Shown here: piece after piece, positions 60,117-64,000 of the stretch
Layout: every line of letters starts with the position of its first letter
How positions within the stretch are numbered: position 1 is the stretch's first letter
Assembly (NCBI GenBank): GCA_963718615.1
Contig: OY970368.1
Location: forward strand, 4,384,001-4,448,000
DNA length: 64,000 nt
Origin: an uncultured cyanobacterium
GTDB lineage: Bacteria > Cyanobacteriota > Cyanobacteriia > PCC-9006 > JAAUQQ01
Direction: 5' to 3'
Notes under the pieces: model-generated
What the model was told of the DNA's origin: nothing
Seen by the model: the letters and a program-made list of their open reading frames with translations, nothing else
Databases searched by the model: none
Made by a program: the position numbers and the translations under genes

Positions 60117-62471
60117 ATGAGTGAAGCAGATACCTGTCGAAAGTACGTATTACCCAAGCTCTATAATGTAGGTTGGACAGACGGCCAGATTGCAGAGCAG
60201 CGGGAGTTTACAGATGGTCGGATCTTTGTCCAGCAGAGCTCCGATGCAAAGCGAAAAAAGAAAAAGCGGGCTGATTATTTGCTGCGCTACACCCGAGACT
60301 TTGCGATCGCCGTTGTCGAAGCCAAAGCGTCTGATAAGTCTCCCTACGACGGGCTTCAACAGGCCAAGGAATATGCTGAGATTTTGGGGCTCAAGTTTGC
60401 CTATGCCACGAATGGGGTCAATATCGTTGAATTTGACTACACGACGGGAAAGCTACAGGAAATTGATACATTCCCCAGTCCCCAGGAGCTTTGGGGGCGC
60501 TGGCAAATTTCTGAGGATTTGACGGGTGAGGAGCAGCTAAAGTGTCTTCTGACACCGTTTAATTTGATCAGTGGTAAAACGCCTCGCTATTACCAAGAAA
60601 TTGCTATCAATCGTGCAGTTCAGGCGATTGTACAGGGGCAGAAACGGGTTTTTTTGACGATGGCGACGGGAACGGGAAAAACGGTGGTAGCGTTTCAGAT
60701 CTGCTGGAAGTTGTGGAGCGCTCGTTGGAACCGCAGTGAGGAATATCGTCGCCCGAAGCTTTTGTTTTTGGCCGATCGCAATATCTTGGTTGATGACCCC
60801 AAGGACAAAACTTTTACGCCCTTCGAGGATGCCCGCTGGAAGCTGGAGGGTGGGGTCGTTCAAAAGGGCCGAGAGATCTATTTTTCAACCTATCAGGCTT
60901 TAGCCGAGGATGAGATAAGGCCAGGACTGTATCGAGAATATGCGCCGGATTTTTTTGATCTGATTATTGTGGATGAATGCCATCGCGGCAGTGCCCGAGC
61001 AGAAAGTAGTTGGCGATCGATACTGACCTACTTTGAGCCTGCCTATCAACTGGGGCTCACCGCCACCCCCAAGCGAGACGATAATGTTGATACCTATCTT
61101 TACTTCGGCAATCCGATTTATACCTACTCGTTGCGGCAGGGAATCGAAGATGGCTTTCTAGCCCCCTATCGGGTACATCGCATTCTCAGCAGTTGGGACC
61201 GAGATGGTTGGACTCCCGGTGCTGAGGATATTGAGCGCTATGGACGAGATTTGCCGGAAGATACATTTCAAACGAAGGATTTTGATCGGGCGATTGCCCT
61301 CAAAAAGCGCACCGAAGCAATCGCGCGTCATCTCACCGAGCATTTGCAAACCACGGGACGTTTTGCCAAAACCATCATTTTCTGTGTTGATGAAGCCCAT
61401 GCGGCTGAAATGATGGCAGAACTGATCCGGCTCAATAAGGATTTGGTTCAACAACACCCTGACTATATTTGCCGCGTTACTTCTATAGAGGGCAGTATTG
61501 GCCGAGGTCATCTGAGTAACTGCCAGGATGTAGAGCGGGAAACACCCGTGATTCTGACCACCTCAAAAATGCTGACAACGGGGGTTGATATTCCCACCTG
61601 TAAGAACATTGTTCTGGTGCGGGTGATTAATTCGATGACAGAGTTCAAGCAGATTATTGGGCGAGGTACCCGAGTTCGGGAGGATTACGGCAAGCTCTAT
61701 TTCACGATTTTGGATTACACTGGCAGCGCCACGCGATTATTCCGCGACGATGAGTTCGATCGAGAACCGTTGGAAATCACGGCGGAGGAAATAGACGAAC
61801 TGGGTGCCGTGATTCCTGCAACGAAGACCGTTTTAGAGTCGAACGAAGATCAAGAGTCTACAGGGCTGAATAGTTTGAGCCCAGACAATGAGGATGCCCC
61901 CAGGAAGCTCTATGTGGAAGGTGATGGTGGACGCATCGTCAAAGAAATGGTGTATGACCTGGATGCCTATGGTCACGACCTTCGGCTGGTAAAGCTGATT
62001 GATTACACAGGTGAGGAGATGCGCACGATGTATCAGTCTGACGCGGAGGTGCGGCGGCAGTGGGCCAACCCCCAACAGCGCTCAGAGATTATCAAACAGT
62101 TGCACGATCGCGGCATAGATTTTGAAGATCTCAAAAAAGTGACGGAGCAACCCGACGCTGATCCCCTGGATCTCCTCTGCCACTTGGCCTTCGATGCACC
62201 ATTGCTGACCCGGCGACAGCGGGCTGAAAAACTGCGGAGCGATCGCCAGGACTTCTTCGACCAGTACGGGAAGCTGGCTAGAGAAATTCTCAATACGCTG
62301 CTTGATAAGTATGCTGACCACGGTGTGGAAGAATTCTCATTTCCCTATGTGCTCAAGGTCCCGCCAATCTCGGGTTATGGCAATGTGGTTGAAATTGCAG
62401 CGCTGTTTGGGGGACCCGAGCAGTTATTGGGGGCGGTAACGGAATTGCAACGTCTTTTGTACGCAGCTTAG
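60117..62471 (+). CDS. hsdR: Type I restriction enzyme R subunit (EcoEI/EcoAI-like)
   Basis: RADYLL..VVEAK nuclease, MATGTGKT, DECHRG, TATP, QIIGRGTR. Confidence 0.93.
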   Translation: MSEADTCRKYVLPKLYNVGWTDGQIAEQREFTDGRIFVQQSSDAKRKKKKRADYLLRYTRDFAIAVVEAKASDKSPYDGLQQAKEYAEILGLKFAYATNGVNIVEFDYTTGKLQEIDTFPSPQELWGRWQISEDLTGEEQLKCLLTPFNLISGKTPRYYQEIAINRAVQAIVQGQKRVFLTMATGTGKTVVAFQICWKLWSARWNRSEEYRRPKLLFLADRNILVDDPKDKTFTPFEDARWKLEGGVVQKGREIYFSTYQALAEDEIRPGLYREYAPDFFDLIIVDECHRGSARAESSWRSILTYFEPAYQLGLTATPKRDDNVDTYLYFGNPIYTYSLRQGIEDGFLAPYRVHRILSSWDRDGWTPGAEDIERYGRDLPEDTFQTKDFDRAIALKKRTEAIARHLTEHLQTTGRFAKTIIFCVDEAHAAEMMAELIRLNKDLVQQHPDYICRVTSIEGSIGRGHLSNCQDVERETPVILTTSKMLTTGVDIPTCKNIVLVRVINSMTEFKQIIGRGTRVREDYGKLYFTILDYTGSATRLFRDDEFDREPLEITAEEIDELGAVIPATKTVLESNEDQESTGLNSLSPDNEDAPRKLYVEGDGGRIVKEMVYDLDAYGHDLRLVKLIDYTGEEMRTMYQSDAEVRRQWANPQQRSEIIKQLHDRGIDFEDLKKVTEQPDADPLDLLCHLAFDAPLLTRRQRAEKLRSDRQDFFDQYGKLAREILNTLLDKYADHGVEEFSFPYVLKVPPISGYGNVVEIAALFGGPEQLLGAVTELQRLLYAA

Positions 62472-62535
62472 TAAAATAGGATTGACATAGTACATTCGTC
62501 TATGTTCTTACGTCTTGTTGAACGACGATCGTGCC

Positions 62536-64000
62536 ATGCCCCGCAAGAAAGTATCTCAATCTACAGATTCTGAACAGTTGGAACTTGTGGGAGCTGAACC
62601 CGAATCTTCTGAGGCAAAATCAAACACCAAAACTAAAAAAACCAAAGCTGAAAAAGCGAAGGTCCAGCAGCCTTTGACCACAGTCCAGCAGCTTGGCAGC
62701 ATTCTCAAATCTTGCCGAGACATTATGCGCAAGGATAAAGGGCTCAACGGGGATACCGATCGCCTACCGATGCTGACCTGGATTATGTTCCTCAAGTTTT
62801 TGGATGACGTGGAACGGCTGCGGGAAACAGAGGCGCTTTTGGCAGGAGAGACATTTAAGGCAGCGATCGAATCTCCCTACCGCTGGCGCGACTGGGCGGC
62901 TAATCCAGATCGGCCTACGGGGGATGAGCTGATTGCATTTATTGAACAAGAAAAAACGGTCAGACCCGATGGCCTGGAAGGGGCAGGGCTCTTTGCCTAT
63001 TTACGAGGACTTCAGGGAACGGATGGCAAGGATCGCCGGGATGTCATCGCGACGGTGTTCAAAGGCGCGATCAACCGGATGATCAACGGCTATCTGCTAC
63101 GGGATGTGATCAACAAGATCAACGGTATTCAGTTTCAGTCCTCCGAAGAGATTCATACCCTAGGGCACCTCTATGAGTCGATGCTGAAGGAGATGCGTGA
63201 TGCGGCTGGGGATTCGGGGGAGTTTTATACGCCACGTCCGGTGGTGAAGTTTATGGTGCGGGTGCTGGATCCGAGGCTGGGAGAGACGGTGCTGGATCCG
63301 GCCTGCGGCACGGGGGGATTCTTGCTGGAGGCCTTTGAGCATTTGAAGCCCCAGTGTCAGACGGTGGCGGATCAGGAGATTTTGCAGCAGTGCAGTTTGT
63401 TTGGTGGGGAGGCGAAGCCACTGCCCTATTTGCTAGCGCAGATGAATTTGCTGTTGCATGGATTGGAGTTGCCAGATATTGATGCGGGAAATTCGTTGCG
63501 GCATAAGCTGACGGAATTGGGCGATCGCGATCGCGTCGATATCATCCTGACCAACCCACCTTTTGGTGGCGAGGAAGAAAAGGGCATTCAGGGAAATTTT
63601 CCGGACGACAAGCAAACCAGCGAAACAGCACTCTTGTTTTTGCAACTGATTATGCGGTTGTTGCGGCGGAAGCAGGGCGATGAGACCGGTGGACGGGCTG
63701 GCGTCGTTGTTCCCAATGGCACACTGTTTGGGGATGGGGTTTGTGCGCGGATTAAAGGGCAGTTGTTGACGGAGTTCAATCTGCATACGATTGTGCGGTT
63801 GCCGAATGGGACATTTGCGCCCTATACGAGTATTCCGACGAATCTGCTGTTTTTTGACCGTTCTGGCCCCACAAAGGAAATCTGGTACTATGAGCAGCCG
63901 TTACCGGAGGGTCGCAAGAACTACTCCAAGACGAAGCCGCTTCAGTTTGAGGAATTGGCGGACTGTCTGGCTTGGTGGCATGAGCGCAAGGAAAATGACC
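62536..64000 (+). CDS. hsdM: Type I RM N6-adenine methyltransferase, runs off the window (not in the ORF track)
   Basis: MPRKK...DIMRKDKGLNGD, GEFYTPR, VLDPACGTGGF, ILTNPPFGG. Confidence 0.93.
   Translation, partial: MPRKKVSQSTDSEQLELVGAEPESSEAKSNTKTKKTKAEKAKVQQPLTTVQQLGSILKSCRDIMRKDKGLNGDTDRLPMLTWIMFLKFLDDVERLRETEALLAGETFKAAIESPYRWRDWAANPDRPTGDELIAFIEQEKTVRPDGLEGAGLFAYLRGLQGTDGKDRRDVIATVFKGAINRMINGYLLRDVINKINGIQFQSSEEIHTLGHLYESMLKEMRDAAGDSGEFYTPRPVVKFMVRVLDPRLGETVLDPACGTGGFLLEAFEHLKPQCQTVADQEILQQCSLFGGEAKPLPYLLAQMNLLLHGLELPDIDAGNSLRHKLTELGDRDRVDIILTNPPFGGEEEKGIQGNFPDDKQTSETALLFLQLIMRLLRRKQGDETGGRAGVVVPNGTLFGDGVCARIKGQLLTEFNLHTIVRLPNGTFAPYTSIPTNLLFFDRSGPTKEIWYYEQPLPEGRKNYSKTKPLQFEELADCLAWWHERKEND

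Noticed and set aside
62482-62508. LexA box or promoter between hsdR and hsdM
   Set aside because: AGTAC...GTTCT spacing does not fit RGTAC-N3-DGTWCB, and the TTGACA has no properly spaced -10.

Overview
Cyanobacterial chromosome segment, identified by dense HIP1 GCGATCGC sites and by psbB/psbT/psbM/psbP, petG, ndhAIGE and ntcB. It is mostly housekeeping: ligA, rbsK, hisH, gltA, NAD kinase, rpsA, nrdR and an M16 peptidase pair. Several accessory patches interrupt this. The best candidate for an undescribed system is at 7.1-13.3 kb, where four co-oriented minus-strand genes encode an NHLP-leader-like peptide ending PCYCCV, a filamentous-haemagglutinin (TpsA-like) exoprotein, a NarL-like response regulator and a CHASE2 histidine kinase. 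A near-identical 27-bp element with a TTCC-N6-GGAA dyad occurs in inverted orientation upstream of both the peptide gene and the regulator gene, bracketing the peptide and FHA genes. A second AT-rich island (19.0-23.0 kb) holds three unknown ORFs, two IS remnants and a DUF3800 gene followed by a compact tRNA-like structured RNA. Also present are GTAG-family REP-like elements (one with an internal 24-bp tandem array), a degraded toxin-antitoxin pair with a PadR cassette, and a type I restriction-modification locus running off the right edge. All calls come from motif recognition by eye; no searches were run.
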